This document shows positions 40,590-50,757 of a stretch of 64,000 nt of DNA, one piece after another (the stretch's first letter is position 1; the number at the start of each line of letters is the position of its first letter). Under the pieces are notes generated by a model. It was given only the letters and a program-made list of their open reading frames with translations. It did no database searches and was not told the DNA's origin. The stretch is from Planctomycetota bacterium (GTDB taxonomy: Bacteria; Planctomycetota; GCA-002687715; CAIWVZ01): the NCBI GenBank assembly GCA_044222185.1, contig JBGANV010000001.1, positions 1,568,001 to 1,632,000 of the forward strand. Reading direction: 5' to 3'. Position numbers and translations under genes: made by a program.

Positions 40590-42587
40590 CTACACGATCC
40601 ACTTTGTCACCTGATAGGCCGCCCACGCAAACAGGTAGGAGAAGACGGCCAGGTAGCCGACCAGAAACAGCGGCCAGCGCCACCCCCCGGTTTCACGGCG
40701 CACGACGGCGACCGTGGAGACGCATTGCGGCGCAACGACATAGAACGCGAGGAGGGAGACGATCGTGGGCCAGTCGAAGAGGCGGCGGCCCGTTCGGTCG
40801 TTCGTGGCGTTGCGGAACGCATCCTGGAGCCGCACTTCGTTCTGGGAGTCGGACGGATCGCCGACCGAGTAAACGACTCCCATCGTCGCGACGAAGACCT
40901 CGCGGGCCATGAACGACGAGACGAGTCCGACGCCGATCCGCCAGTCGAAGCCGAGCGGGCGGATCACCGGCTCGATGGTGTGGCCAAGCCGGCCGGCAAC
41001 GCTTGCATTCAGCTGCGCCGTCTGGAACTGCTCGTCGGTCATCCCGGCGCGACGTTCGGCAACGGGAACGTGGGTCGCGACCCAAAGGAGCACCGAAACC
41101 GCAAAAATGACGGTCCCGGCTCGACCAAGGAACGCCCAGGCGCGCTGCTGGAGTCGCACCGCAATCGACCGCCAGTTGGGTACCCGGTAGGGCGGCATCT
41201 CGATGATCGGCGACACGCGCTTGCCGCGAAGCACCGTCTTCCCGATCACCCAGGCAGCGACCGACGCCGTCGCCACCCCGGCGACGTAGAGAGCGAGCAT
41301 CGTCGCACCACGCGCACGGATCGGTCCGAACAGGGGCGTGTCGGGCACGAAAGCGCTCAGGATCAGCGCGTAGACCGGGAGGCGCGCGCTGCAGGTCATC
41401 AGGGGTGCGATGAGGATCGTGGCGAGGCGCTCCCGTCGGTCCTCGATCGTCCGTGTGGCCATGATTCCCGGCACGGCGCAGGCGAATGACGAAAGAAGCG
41501 GGATGAACGACCTGCCCGACAGCCCGAGCGCACGCAGCGGACGATCCACGATGAACGCCGCTCTGGTCATGTACCCGCTGTCCTCGAGCACCCCGAGGAA
41601 TAGAAACAGGATCAGGATCTGTGGAAGAAACACGACGACCGACCCGACACCGGAAATGACGCCATCGGTCACGAGTTCACGCCAGAGCGAAGCGGGCAGA
41701 ACGGTCGTGATCCAATCCCTGATCGCGCCGAAGACCGTATCGATCGCATCGGTGACAGGCTGCGCCCAGGAGAAGACTGCCTGGAAGATGCATCCCATCA
41801 CGACGGCGAAGATCGCAAAGCCCAAGGCTGGGTGCATCACGACGCGATCGATCCGGTCGCTCACGACCCGGAGCGCGGGCCGAGCCGCGAAGCCTGCGGC
41901 ACTCACGATCTCGTTGACGCGGCCGTAACGCCGCTGCGTTTCGGCAGTCTGATTCAGGTCGGCGCTCGCCTGAAGCTCGCGCCACCGGGTCGCCCTGTGC
42001 CCGTCTGCGTCCGAGAGCCGCGAGCCCTCAGCATCGGCGACGGTTGCTGAGACGTCAGCGATCGCCTGCCGGAGCTCAGCAATCCCGCGCCCGCCAGTCG
42101 CCACCGTCTCGACGACGGGAACTCCGCCCAGGGCACGGCTCAGCGCGACGCCAGAGACGTCGACACCGGCTCGGACAGCCTCGTCGACCATGTTCAGGCA
42201 AACGACCATGGGCAGCTCGAGGTCGGCGATCTGCGTGTACAGAAACAGACCTCTTCGAACGTTGGCCGCCTCGATCACGACGACGACGACATCCGGCTCC
42301 GCCTCCCCTGAAAGCGTGCCTGTCAACACTTCGCCAGCGACCCGCTCGTCTGGAGATCGACCGATCAGGCTGTACGTGCCCGGAAGATCGACGATGCGGT
42401 ACTCGCGTCCACCGAATGGGTACACGCCTTCGTGGCGCTCGACGGTCACGCCGGGGTAGTTGGCGATCTTCTGACGAAGCCCGGTCAGCGCGTTGAACAG
42501 CGACGACTTTCCGACATTCGGGTTGCCAGCGAGCGCAACGGTCAGAATGCGCGAAGCCGAAGCGACGGATCCCGAGGCCGCGGTCAT
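40590..42587 (-). CDS. feoB: Ferrous iron transporter B
   Basis: GNPNVGKSSLFNALTG, NYPGVTVE, DLPGTYSL, NMVD, EDSGYM.RAAF, CSARLPVY, AREVFV. Confidence 0.96.
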   Translation of the reverse strand: MTAASGSVASASRILTVALAGNPNVGKSSLFNALTGLRQKIANYPGVTVERHEGVYPFGGREYRIVDLPGTYSLIGRSPDERVAGEVLTGTLSGEAEPDVVVVVIEAANVRRGLFLYTQIADLELPMVVCLNMVDEAVRAGVDVSGVALSRALGGVPVVETVATGGRGIAELRQAIADVSATVADAEGSRLSDADGHRATRWRELQASADLNQTAETQRRYGRVNEIVSAAGFAARPALRVVSDRIDRVVMHPALGFAIFAVVMGCIFQAVFSWAQPVTDAIDTVFGAIRDWITTVLPASLWRELVTDGVISGVGSVVVFLPQILILFLFLGVLEDSGYMTRAAFIVDRPLRALGLSGRSFIPLLSSFACAVPGIMATRTIEDRRERLATILIAPLMTCSARLPVYALILSAFVPDTPLFGPIRARGATMLALYVAGVATASVAAWVIGKTVLRGKRVSPIIEMPPYRVPNWRSIAVRLQQRAWAFLGRAGTVIFAVSVLLWVATHVPVAERRAGMTDEQFQTAQLNASVAGRLGHTIEPVIRPLGFDWRIGVGLVSSFMAREVFVATMGVVYSVGDPSDSQNEVRLQDAFRNATNDRTGRRLFDWPTIVSLLAFYVVAPQCVSTVAVVRRETGGWRWPLFLVGYLAVFSYLFAWAAYQVTKWIV

Positions 42588-42841
42588 GGCGCCTCGATTC
42601 GAACCCGAACCGCCGCCGTCGTCTCGGTCCTCATCGTGTAGCGAGCGCCACCCACGTCGACCTCGACAGGACACCCGAATGGCGAACGCCGAACGACACG
42701 GACGACGACGCCCGGCAGGACCCCGAGCTCCAACAGGCGAGCGCTGGTCTCGCCCTCGTCGTCACGAAGATCCACGACGACCGCGGGCACACCGCAGTCG
42801 AGATCGGAGAGCGTGAGTTCAGGGTTCGGGGAAACGGCCAT
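42584..42841 (-). CDS. feoA: Ferrous iron transport protein A
   Basis: RLLELGVLPG..V.VVRRSPFG.PV; ATGA overlap with feoB. Confidence 0.9.
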   Translation of the reverse strand: MAVSPNPELTLSDLDCGVPAVVVDLRDDEGETSARLLELGVLPGVVVRVVRRSPFGCPVEVDVGGARYTMRTETTAAVRVRIEAP

Positions 42842-42883
42842 TGGGGCAAAGGACTCTCGGCCGGCTCTGGCGCGAGACTCAAA

Positions 42884-42900
42884 ATGAGATTCAATCTCAT
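42884..42900. promoter_or_regulatory. Fur-box-like operator upstream of feoAB
   Basis: Perfect AT-rich inverted repeat ATGAGATT-C-AATCTCAT, about 43 bp upstream of feoA and directly downstream of fur. Confidence 0.75.
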
Positions 42901-42967
42901 CTCGTCCCGAAATGCTACTTGCGACCCGCGACAGAAGCAATGGCTGTGCCCCCGTGTTGCCCGCGGC

Positions 42968-43477
42968 TCAGCCGCGGTGGAGCGTCAGCTGGGCGCCGGA
43001 CTTGTCCCCGACGGTCTGGCGGCACGGCTCGCACAGCCCGTACATCTTCAGCGTGTGCGCCATGAGTTCGAACCCGAGCGTCCCGGCGATGCGCTTCTGC
43101 AGTTCCTCGATCTGATCGTCGCGAAACTCGCGAATGGTCTTGCAGTTGACGCAGAACAAATGGTCGTGGTGCGCGTGACCGAACGTGTGCTCGTAGTACC
43201 GCGAGCCCTCGCCGAAGTCATGCAGCTCCAGCAGATCGCACGCCAGCATCACTGCAAGCGTTCGATAGACAGTCGCCTTGCTCGCAGCCACGCCGAGCTT
43301 CTTCAGCTTCTCGAGGAGCTGCTCGGCAGTGAAGTGCTCGTGGATCGAGAAGATCGCCCGCAACAGCTGGCGCCGTGCCGGCGTGAACTTCAATCCACGG
43401 CTTTTCAGATACTGCTCGAAGACGCGTTCCTCGCCATGCGAATCCGCATCCTTGCTCTTGTCGAAGTCGGGGCTCAT
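42968..43477 (-). CDS. fur: Fur family transcriptional regulator
   Basis: H.TAE, SKATVYRTL, HHDHLFCVNC, YGLCEPC. Confidence 0.93.
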   Translation of the reverse strand: MSPDFDKSKDADSHGEERVFEQYLKSRGLKFTPARRQLLRAIFSIHEHFTAEQLLEKLKKLGVAASKATVYRTLAVMLACDLLELHDFGEGSRYYEHTFGHAHHDHLFCVNCKTIREFRDDQIEELQKRIAGTLGFELMAHTLKMYGLCEPCRQTVGDKSGAQLTLHRG

Positions 43478-43623
43478 TGCGGGAGGCCTTTCTGCGTCTT
43501 TCTCGATGCGTGTCAGCGGTCGCTGGCATCGTAGGGTGACTGCGATCCACCATCAACGAATACCGAGTGCGCACGAACCGGTACGCACATCGGCCAACCG
43601 AACCCGGTGGCACCCCCGACGGA

Positions 43624-44910
43624 TCATCGTTTCGGGGCGGCGCGAGCACCGATGTCGCGCCGGACATGCCTCCCCTCGAAGCGAATCCTCTCGACGGCAG
43701 CATAGGCCCTTTCCCGGGCCTCCTGGACCGTGGTTCCCAGTGCCGTCACGTCGAGGACCCGCCCGCCCGACGTCACGAGGCGCCCGTCCCGAGTGGCGGT
43801 TCCCGCATGGAAGACGTGGACGCCGTCCATCCGTTCCGCCTCCTCGACGCCAGAGATGACGTCCCCACGCCGGAAGACCCCCGGGTATCCGCCAGCGGCG
43901 AGCACGACCGTGACCGCGGCCCGCGGATCGACCGACAGGCTCTCCGGGCGGATCTCGGCGAGTCGCCCGGTTGCCGCTGCGTGGAGAATCTCGAAGAGGT
44001 CGCCACCGAGCCGGGGAAGAACCACCTGCGTCTCCGGGTCGCCGAACCGTGCGTTGTATTCGAGCACCCGTGGCCCGGAGCGCGTCAGCATCAGTCCGGC
44101 GTACAGCAGCCCGCAAAAAGGCGTGCCGTCGACCCGCATCTGGTGAACGGTCGGCACGAGGACTTCCTGCTCGATCCTCTTCTGCAGGGCCTCGGTGTAG
44201 ACCGGGACCGGGCTGTAGGCGCCCATGCCGCCCGTGTTCGGACCCTCGTCACCGTCGAGTGCGCGCTTGTGATCCTGTGCAGCAGGCAGCGGAAGGAGCG
44301 TCTTGCCGTCCGTGATGCAGAACTGCGACACCTCTTCGCCGGAGAGGAAGTCCTCCAGCACGACGGTCGTCGACGCTTCTCCATGGAGTCGGTCCTCCAG
44401 GAACGTTCGCAGTGTCGTCGCCGCCTCGTCACGACCGTGGCAGATCACGACACCCTTGCCGCCGGCCAGTCCGGAGGCCTTCACGACCACCGGGTAGCTC
44501 ACGTCGCCCTCGAGGTACTGCAGTGCCGCGTCCGCGTTGGTGACCACCCGGTACCCTGCAGTCGGGACGCCGGCGCGGACCATCAAGGACTTCGCGAACG
44601 CCTTCGATCCCTCGAGTTGGGCTGCCGCTCGCGTCGGTCCAAACACGCAGAGGTCGCGCTTGTGGAAGACATCGACGATGCCGGCGCAGAGTGGGATCTC
44701 CGGGCCAACGACCGTGAGCCCGACGTTCTCGCTCTCTGCGAGGTCGGCGAGTCCGGTCAGATCCGTCGCCTGGACGGCCACGTTGCGGCCGACGGCCGCG
44801 GTACCGGGATTCCCAGGAGCCGTGATGACCTCCGTCACCTTGGGGCTCTGAGCGAGCTTCCACGCGAGCGCGTGCTCGCGACCACCGCTGCCGACGACGA
44901 GGACTCTCAT
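43624..44910 (-). CDS. purD: Phosphoribosylamine-glycine ligase
   Basis: GSGGREHALAW, LEGSK, GLAGGKGV, QDHKR..DGD.GPNTGGMGAY, EYNARFGDPE, HAGT. Confidence 0.98.
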   Translation of the reverse strand: MRVLVVGSGGREHALAWKLAQSPKVTEVITAPGNPGTAAVGRNVAVQATDLTGLADLAESENVGLTVVGPEIPLCAGIVDVFHKRDLCVFGPTRAAAQLEGSKAFAKSLMVRAGVPTAGYRVVTNADAALQYLEGDVSYPVVVKASGLAGGKGVVICHGRDEAATTLRTFLEDRLHGEASTTVVLEDFLSGEEVSQFCITDGKTLLPLPAAQDHKRALDGDEGPNTGGMGAYSPVPVYTEALQKRIEQEVLVPTVHQMRVDGTPFCGLLYAGLMLTRSGPRVLEYNARFGDPETQVVLPRLGGDLFEILHAAATGRLAEIRPESLSVDPRAAVTVVLAAGGYPGVFRRGDVISGVEEAERMDGVHVFHAGTATRDGRLVTSGGRVLDVTALGTTVQEARERAYAAVERIRFEGRHVRRDIGARAAPKR

Positions 44911-45617
44911 GAAGCCACCTGCTCAGTCACAAGCCCCTCGAGCGCATAGAGGTCTTCGGGGCGCGCCACGCGCCAGGACGAGAATCCCAGCCTCACCGCC
45001 GGAACGAGGTCCGAGTCCGGACGATCTCCAACGGTGACGACAGCCGCCGCGGGCAACCCGAGGTCTGCCAGCACCCGCTGAAAAAAGCGCGGATCCGGCT
45101 TCGCAAACCCGACGTCCTCCGACGAAAGGATGATGCTGAAACACGCGAGCGGGACTCCGAGCGCGTCGAGAATCGCACGGGCGAGCCCTGGCGTATTGTT
45201 CGTTCCAAGCGCGAGACGGAAGCGCCGCGCCAGCGCACGCAGCATCGACACGAGGCGAGGATCGACACTGACGTGTCGCTCCGGTTCGACGTGTCGCTCG
45301 CGGAACCGGTTCATCTCGGCGATGCCAAGCTGGAACTGGTTCGTGAGGACCTCCGTTTTCGATTGCGCGCCCGGCGCCATCGTCACGCGGCCTTGCAGAC
45401 TGGCATACGCCTGGAGCGGATCGGCGACGCCGACAAGGTGGCGAATCCGCAGCCCGGTCGCCCGCGCGATGGCGCATTCGAGGGCAGCGCCATCTCTCCC
45501 CCCGTACAGCGTGCCGTCGAGGTCGAACAGGATCGCGGACCTCCCGTCGAACGGTGAGAGGTCCGTGACTGCGGCGCGAGCTTCGGCTGAGGTTCTGTCC
45601 GACATGGAGGTCGACAT
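44907..45617 (-). CDS. HAD-superfamily hydrolase
   Basis: FDLDGTLY, TN, KPDP, VGD...D motifs. Confidence 0.88.
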   Translation of the reverse strand: MSTSMSDRTSAEARAAVTDLSPFDGRSAILFDLDGTLYGGRDGAALECAIARATGLRIRHLVGVADPLQAYASLQGRVTMAPGAQSKTEVLTNQFQLGIAEMNRFRERHVEPERHVSVDPRLVSMLRALARRFRLALGTNNTPGLARAILDALGVPLACFSIILSSEDVGFAKPDPRFFQRVLADLGLPAAAVVTVGDRPDSDLVPAVRLGFSSWRVARPEDLYALEGLVTEQVAS

Positions 45618-45662
45618 TCTATGAGCGCACCGAGAGACACCAATCCTCGGGTCCCACGCCCA

Positions 45663-46433
45663 TCAGGCGTCGAACTCGGCAATCACGGGGGCGTGGTCGC
45701 TGGGCTTCTCGCCCGTGCGCTCCTCCCGATCGATGGTGATCGATCGGCACCTGGCTCGAAGGGACGGCGTCATGAGGAAGTGGTCGATGCGGTAACCGAG
45801 GTTCCGCTTGAACATGTTCATGCGGTAATCCCAGAAGGTGTACTGCGCCGGTTCCTGGGTGAACTCTCGCAAGCCATCGATCAACCCCCACTCCAGCAGG
45901 TTGCGGTAACGCCGACGCTCGTCGTCGGAACAGAGGATCGTGCCCTTCAATTTCTCCGGGTCGTAGACGTCCCGGTCGTCCGGCGTCACGTTGAAGTCGC
46001 CGCAGATGACCATCGGCTGCGCCTTCACGTAGGCTTCGTCGAGCCAGGTACGGAGCCGGTCGAGCCATGCGAGCTTCATGACGTACTTGTCGCACCCGAC
46101 CTCCTGGCCGTTGGGCACATAGACGTCGACGATCCGGATGCCGTTCCACGTTGCCGCCAACGCGCGGGCCCCGGACTCGGCTGGGGCGCCCGGGAGACCC
46201 TTCACGACATCCGTGACGGGAACGCGTGACACGATCGCGACGCCGTTGTAGGTCCGCTGACCGAAGATCTGGAGGTGCCAGCCCCGCTCGACGAACGGCT
46301 CGACCGGGAATGCGCTGTCCTCGCACTTGATCTCCTGCATGCAGACGAGATCCGGCGCTCGCTTGTCGAGCCACGCGAGGACGCGATCGAGGCGCGCGCG
46401 AAGGGAGTTCACGTTCCAGGTCACGAGGCGCAT
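45663..46433 (-). CDS. xth: Exodeoxyribonuclease III / AP endonuclease
   Basis: TWNVNS, QE.K, YNGVA, YVPNG, GDFN, RIDH, SDHAP. Confidence 0.96.
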   Translation of the reverse strand: MRLVTWNVNSLRARLDRVLAWLDKRAPDLVCMQEIKCEDSAFPVEPFVERGWHLQIFGQRTYNGVAIVSRVPVTDVVKGLPGAPAESGARALAATWNGIRIVDVYVPNGQEVGCDKYVMKLAWLDRLRTWLDEAYVKAQPMVICGDFNVTPDDRDVYDPEKLKGTILCSDDERRRYRNLLEWGLIDGLREFTQEPAQYTFWDYRMNMFKRNLGYRIDHFLMTPSLRARCRSITIDREERTGEKPSDHAPVIAEFDA

Positions 46434-46491
46434 GGCGAGCAGGATACCGCGCACACGCGCGCATCAGCAGACGGAACGGTCGCGTGACGCT

Positions 46492-47736
46492 ATGAATGTC
46501 GCGATGGAGCCACCTGGGAGATCACCCGCGATCGCGCCGGTCCTCTGGCTTTGCTTCGCAACCTGGACCTTCGACTTCCACCACCTCATCCTGGCGAGTT
46601 TCCTCTCCGACGTGGTGGCCCATGACCTGTGCCTGCGCCCGACCCACCTGGGCTGGATCCATGGGCTCACGCTCGCAGCTGCCGCCGGCGGTGCTTGGGT
46701 GACGGGACGGATGGCAGATCGGGGGCGCATCCGTTCGGCGCTGGGTGTTTGTCTCCTCGTTCCTGCCGCCGGTGCCGTTCTGACGGCGGGCGCCCACGGC
46801 CTCACGACTCTCGGGGTCGGCCGGATCATCACCGGATTCGGAGCTGGCGGCGGGTGGGGCATCGGCCACATTCTCGTTCAGGGGCTCGCGACGCGCGAGT
46901 CCCGCGATCGGCTCGCGGCGCTGCTCCAGTGCGCGAGCCCGGCGGGCGTCGTCACGGCGTCGCTGGTCTCCGGCTTCCTGGCGCCCGCGTTGGACTGGAG
47001 GTGGGCGACCACGGCGTCCGCGTTGCCTGGCGTCCTCGTCCTTCTGGTCCCCCGAGTGATTCCCGGCGAATGGCGCCCGCGATCCGCTCCGGTCGTCGCG
47101 GCGAACGACGCGCCGCGCTCGGGCGAGGTGCGCGCCGTCCTCGTGATTTCCGCCTTGCTCGCGCTGCAGATGACGACCTACTGGTGCAGTTTCGCGTGGC
47201 TCCCGAGCCAGCTCCGTGCCACGACGACGTTCGGTCCGTCACAGATCGCGCTCACGACCATCGTCGTCGCAACCCTTCAGGCCGTCGCAAACATGTTGTT
47301 TGCCCGGGTCGCCGCGCGCATTGGGACGCGCCGGGCGTTCGCCGCGGCGGGCGGGACGCTCGCCGCGTCGCTTGCGGCCCTCGCGGCTTTCGCGCAGTCC
47401 GTCGAGCGCAATCCATCCGTTCTGATCGCCACGCTCGGCGGGGCGTCGCTCGCGTGCGGACTGTGGAGTGCGTTCGCAGGGTTCTTCGCCGAGTCGGTCG
47501 CTGCGTGCCGGCGCACGAGCGTCGCGTCGGCGTCCTACAACCTCGCCCGCGCGACGAGCGTCCTGACGCAGCCGATCGTCGGCTGGATGTATGAGTTGCA
47601 CGGAACACACCGTGGCGCGTTCCTCCTCGCCGCCGCATGTTCACTCGCATCGGCCGCCGTCGTGTCCCGACTTCCCCCGCCGTCGCCCAGCGCGGTTTCG
47701 GGCAACGGCGCCGAGCGACGCGCACGGCCACGATAG
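46492..47736 (+). CDS. MFS transporter
   Basis: About 12 hydrophobic helices; GRMADRGR motif A; R...GFG.GG. Start approximate. Confidence 0.8.
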   Translation: MNVAMEPPGRSPAIAPVLWLCFATWTFDFHHLILASFLSDVVAHDLCLRPTHLGWIHGLTLAAAAGGAWVTGRMADRGRIRSALGVCLLVPAAGAVLTAGAHGLTTLGVGRIITGFGAGGGWGIGHILVQGLATRESRDRLAALLQCASPAGVVTASLVSGFLAPALDWRWATTASALPGVLVLLVPRVIPGEWRPRSAPVVAANDAPRSGEVRAVLVISALLALQMTTYWCSFAWLPSQLRATTTFGPSQIALTTIVVATLQAVANMLFARVAARIGTRRAFAAAGGTLAASLAALAAFAQSVERNPSVLIATLGGASLACGLWSAFAGFFAESVAACRRTSVASASYNLARATSVLTQPIVGWMYELHGTHRGAFLLAAACSLASAAVVSRLPPPSPSAVSGNGAERRARPR

Positions 47737-47793
47737 ACTGCCCGCTCACCGCCCCCTTGCCGGCACCCAACGACCACTCGCCGAGTTCAGCCG

Positions 47794-48339
47794 ATGTCCA
47801 AGATCGAGCCCGAGAAGACCCCGAGTTCAGCCGCTCCCGGCACCACGAGCGCCGTAACCTTCACGCACGCCGTCGCCGCGCCACCGGACCGAACGTACCG
47901 CCTGTGGACCGATGGCGAGCACCTGCGGCATTGGTTCGCGCCTCCTGGAGTGATCATCACGAAGTGCACCGTCGACCTTCGGGTCGGCGGAACATTTCAT
48001 TACACGATGAAGACGCCAGACGGTTCCGTCGTTTCGGCCAAGTGGACCTACAGCAACCTGCAGGCGCCCGAGCGGCTGGAAGCCGTCGTCGCGTTCGCTG
48101 ACGAGACGGGGCGAACGGTCCGCGCGCCGTGGGACCCGGGGTGGCCACTCGAATGGGACGCCGCCGCCACGTTCGAGCCACGACCAGGCCACGATGGCGA
48201 GACGCTCGTGAAGGTCGTCTGGACGGCCGGCCGAGCGACTGCCGCCGAACAGAAGCGGTTCGCAGACGCCCGCGAGGACATGACGCTCGGTTGGAACGCG
48301 ACGTTCCAATCGCTGGACCGGTACGTCACGGAACGTTGA
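47794..48339 (+). CDS. SRPBCC/AHSA1 domain protein
   Basis: WTD.EHL.HWFAP, DLRVGG.FHY.M, GW..TF..L. Confidence 0.88.
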   Translation: MSKIEPEKTPSSAAPGTTSAVTFTHAVAAPPDRTYRLWTDGEHLRHWFAPPGVIITKCTVDLRVGGTFHYTMKTPDGSVVSAKWTYSNLQAPERLEAVVAFADETGRTVRAPWDPGWPLEWDAAATFEPRPGHDGETLVKVVWTAGRATAAEQKRFADAREDMTLGWNATFQSLDRYVTER

Positions 48340-48379
48340 CGCGAGGCGCCAGGGACGAGGCCCTGGGAGCGACGCCGCC

Positions 48380-49639
48380 TCACCGCAGCCGTAGCCGGGC
48401 CGCACGGCGTTCCAGGTACCTGCGCTCGGCCGGACTGGCCGTGGCCGACGCAGCGGCGAGAAACTGATCGATCGCGCCGACGATGTCGCCGGCGCGCTCG
48501 AGGAGGTGCGCTCGTACGCCCGCCAACCGATGATGACCGGCGATACGCTCGTCGCCCTCCAGCCGGTCGAGCAGCGCCAATCCGGCAACGGGGCCGTGCA
48601 CCATGGCAACGGCGACGGCCCGGTTCAGGGTGATCATCGGGTTGTCGGTGATCCGTTCGAGCACGGAGTAGAGCGCGAGGATCTGGTTCCAATCCGTCGC
48701 GTCGGCCGAGTCGGCCCCATCGTGCAGCGCCGCGATGGCGGCCTGCAGCTGGTACGGACCGATGGCCCCACGCTTCCACGTGGTGTCGAGCAGCTCGCAC
48801 CCTTCTCGGATCGCTGCTCGATCCCAAAGCGACCGATCTTGCTCGTCGAGCGGAATCGTATCGCCGGCGGAGTTCGTGCGCGCGCCCCGACGCGCGTGCG
48901 TGAGCAGCATCAGCGCGAGCAACCCAGCCGTCTCCGCGTCATCCGGCATGAGCCGGCGCAGCATCCGTGTGAGCCGGATCGCTTCTGCCGCCATCTCCAC
49001 ACGACTGATGGATTCATCTACGCTTCCGGCGTAGCCCTCGCTGAAGATCAGGTACAGGACGTGCCTCACGGCTTGGAGTCGCTCGGCGCGGTCCGCCGGC
49101 GTCGGCATGGTGAACGGGAGGCACGACTCCGCCAGGGTCTGCTTCGCTCGGCTGATCCTCTGGGCCATCGTCGCCTCCTGAACCATGAAAGCGCGAGCGA
49201 TCTCGGACGTCGTGAGACCCCCGACCGCGCGAAGCGTCAACGCGATGGCAGAGGGCGGAGACAGCGCCGGATGGCAGCACATGAAGAGGAGGATGAGCGT
49301 GTCGTCCCCATCGGCGTCCATGGTGTCGGCCTCGAGTTCGCGACTGGCGTGCGCCCCATCGGCCTCACGCGCTGCGGCAGACTCCTCGCGTCGACGCCGA
49401 CTGACGTCACGACTCGCGGCGTCGGCCATGCGGCGGCACGCCACGCGGAAGAGCCAACCCGCCGCATTCGCGGGAACGCCGCTCTGGCGCCACGCGACGA
49501 TGGCGTCGAGAACGGCTTCCTGCACGGCATCCTCCGCGGCCGCGAAGTCGCCGAACCTGCGAATGACGGCAGCGAGGACCCGAGGCACGGACTCGCGCAG
49601 CAGGTCCTCGGGGCCGGGCCCAGGATCCACGGTCGTCAA
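48380..49639 (-). CDS. ECF sigma factor with long C-terminal TPR-like extension (ECF42 type)
   Basis: AEDAVQEA, LLFMCCHPAL, GGLTTSEIARAF, QRISRAK, YLIFSEGY, QDRSLWD, GPYQLQAAIAA.H; adjacent DGPF gene. Confidence 0.92.
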   Translation of the reverse strand: MTTVDPGPGPEDLLRESVPRVLAAVIRRFGDFAAAEDAVQEAVLDAIVAWRQSGVPANAAGWLFRVACRRMADAASRDVSRRRREESAAAREADGAHASRELEADTMDADGDDTLILLFMCCHPALSPPSAIALTLRAVGGLTTSEIARAFMVQEATMAQRISRAKQTLAESCLPFTMPTPADRAERLQAVRHVLYLIFSEGYAGSVDESISRVEMAAEAIRLTRMLRRLMPDDAETAGLLALMLLTHARRGARTNSAGDTIPLDEQDRSLWDRAAIREGCELLDTTWKRGAIGPYQLQAAIAALHDGADSADATDWNQILALYSVLERITDNPMITLNRAVAVAMVHGPVAGLALLDRLEGDERIAGHHRLAGVRAHLLERAGDIVGAIDQFLAAASATASPAERRYLERRAARLRLR

Positions 49640-50028
49640 GCAGGTACGTCCGGCGCCGACATGACCTGGCGTAGCTCGATCGGGATGCTCATCGGCACGC
49701 CCCCGAGGCCCGGCGCCGCAGAGGCGCGGGCGGCGATGGCGATCGCGCGCTCCTCAGACGGCACGCTCACGATCCAGAATCCGATCAAGAACTCCTTCGA
49801 CTCGGCGAACGGCCCGTCAGTGATCGGTGGCCCGCCGCCCTTGCGGGCTCGGATCACCTTGGCCTCGTTTGGCCAGGCCAACCCTTCGGCCGCGACCAGC
49901 TCCCCTGACGCCTTGAGCTCCTTGTTCAGGTTGATCATGAACGCGATGTGGGCCTGAACGTCCTGCGGTGGCCACGTCGTGATCGCCGCCCCCTCGCCCG
50001 CGAGATGCATCATCAGCATGTACTTCAT
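49636..50028 (-). CDS. YciI/DGPF family protein
   Basis: MKYMLM..., TDGPFAESKE..GFW, IELRQV. Confidence 0.92.
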   Translation of the reverse strand: MKYMLMMHLAGEGAAITTWPPQDVQAHIAFMINLNKELKASGELVAAEGLAWPNEAKVIRARKGGGPPITDGPFAESKEFLIGFWIVSVPSEERAIAIAARASAAPGLGGVPMSIPIELRQVMSAPDVPA

Positions 50029-50064
50029 GGTTGGTCTCCTTTGGTGTTGCGTCGGTCGGGACGT

Positions 50065-50640
50065 TCACTTCCTGCGTGTGTAGTCGATGCGCAGGTGCCG
50101 CATCTCCCTGCCGTCGGGGCCCGGCCCGTACATCGACCACGATCGGTGATCGTCGTCGGCGTAGTGCGTCACGGTTCGGCACGTCTCCAACTTCCCGCTC
50201 ATTCCGAGACACTCGCCTGTCAGCGTCAGTTCACGCCTGATGGCGTCGTAGTCACCGAAGAGCGTCATCGGTGACGCCGACATGGAATCGGTCCAGAACG
50301 TGAAGAACTGCTTCCGCACCGTGCAGTAGCCGTTGATCCCGTGCCCGGACATCGGCATGCCCATGACGTCTCCCTGGAAGCTGTCGATCGTGTGGAAGTC
50401 GGCGTGCTTCGAAGTCGTCAGCAGCCCTTTGGTTCTGACCTCGACGCCTTTCGGGTCCTGCATCACCACGATCGCGTCCCAGGTCCCAGCGAGCTTCTGC
50501 AACATGAGGTGTTGTTCGCCAGCGCCTGCTGCCTCGAAGGCTTGGGGCGCACGGCTCCGGTTCGCGCCAGCATCATGCACCACGTGCCCGAGGCCAGCTC
50601 CGGACGCCAGAACGACGAGTGTCGAGATGAGGATCTTCAT
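50065..50640 (-). CDS. Exported DUF1579-like protein
   Basis: Signal-like N-terminus; H..L.KLAGTW, G.GINGY, WTDSM, terminal YTR. Confidence 0.8.
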   Translation of the reverse strand: MKILISTLVVLASGAGLGHVVHDAGANRSRAPQAFEAAGAGEQHLMLQKLAGTWDAIVVMQDPKGVEVRTKGLLTTSKHADFHTIDSFQGDVMGMPMSGHGINGYCTVRKQFFTFWTDSMSASPMTLFGDYDAIRRELTLTGECLGMSGKLETCRTVTHYADDDHRSWSMYGPGPDGREMRHLRIDYTRRK

Positions 50641-50701
50641 TTGGTCGGGTCCTTGTTTTTCGGTTCGTTCGACGAGCGATCACGGCGATCGACGAACCGG
50701 A

Positions 50702-50728
50702 GTCGGAGCCGAGGGCGCGGGCTCGACA
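50702..50728 (-). promoter_or_regulatory. ECF42-type promoter of the DUF1579-DGPF-sigma operon
   Basis: Minus strand TGTCGA-N17-CGAC matches the reported ECF42 motif (TGTCGA at -35, CG(A/T)C at -10), about 60 nt upstream of ATG 50640. Confidence 0.65.
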
Positions 50729-50757
50729 TCTCCTCGAAAATAAACTTGCGCCACCGC

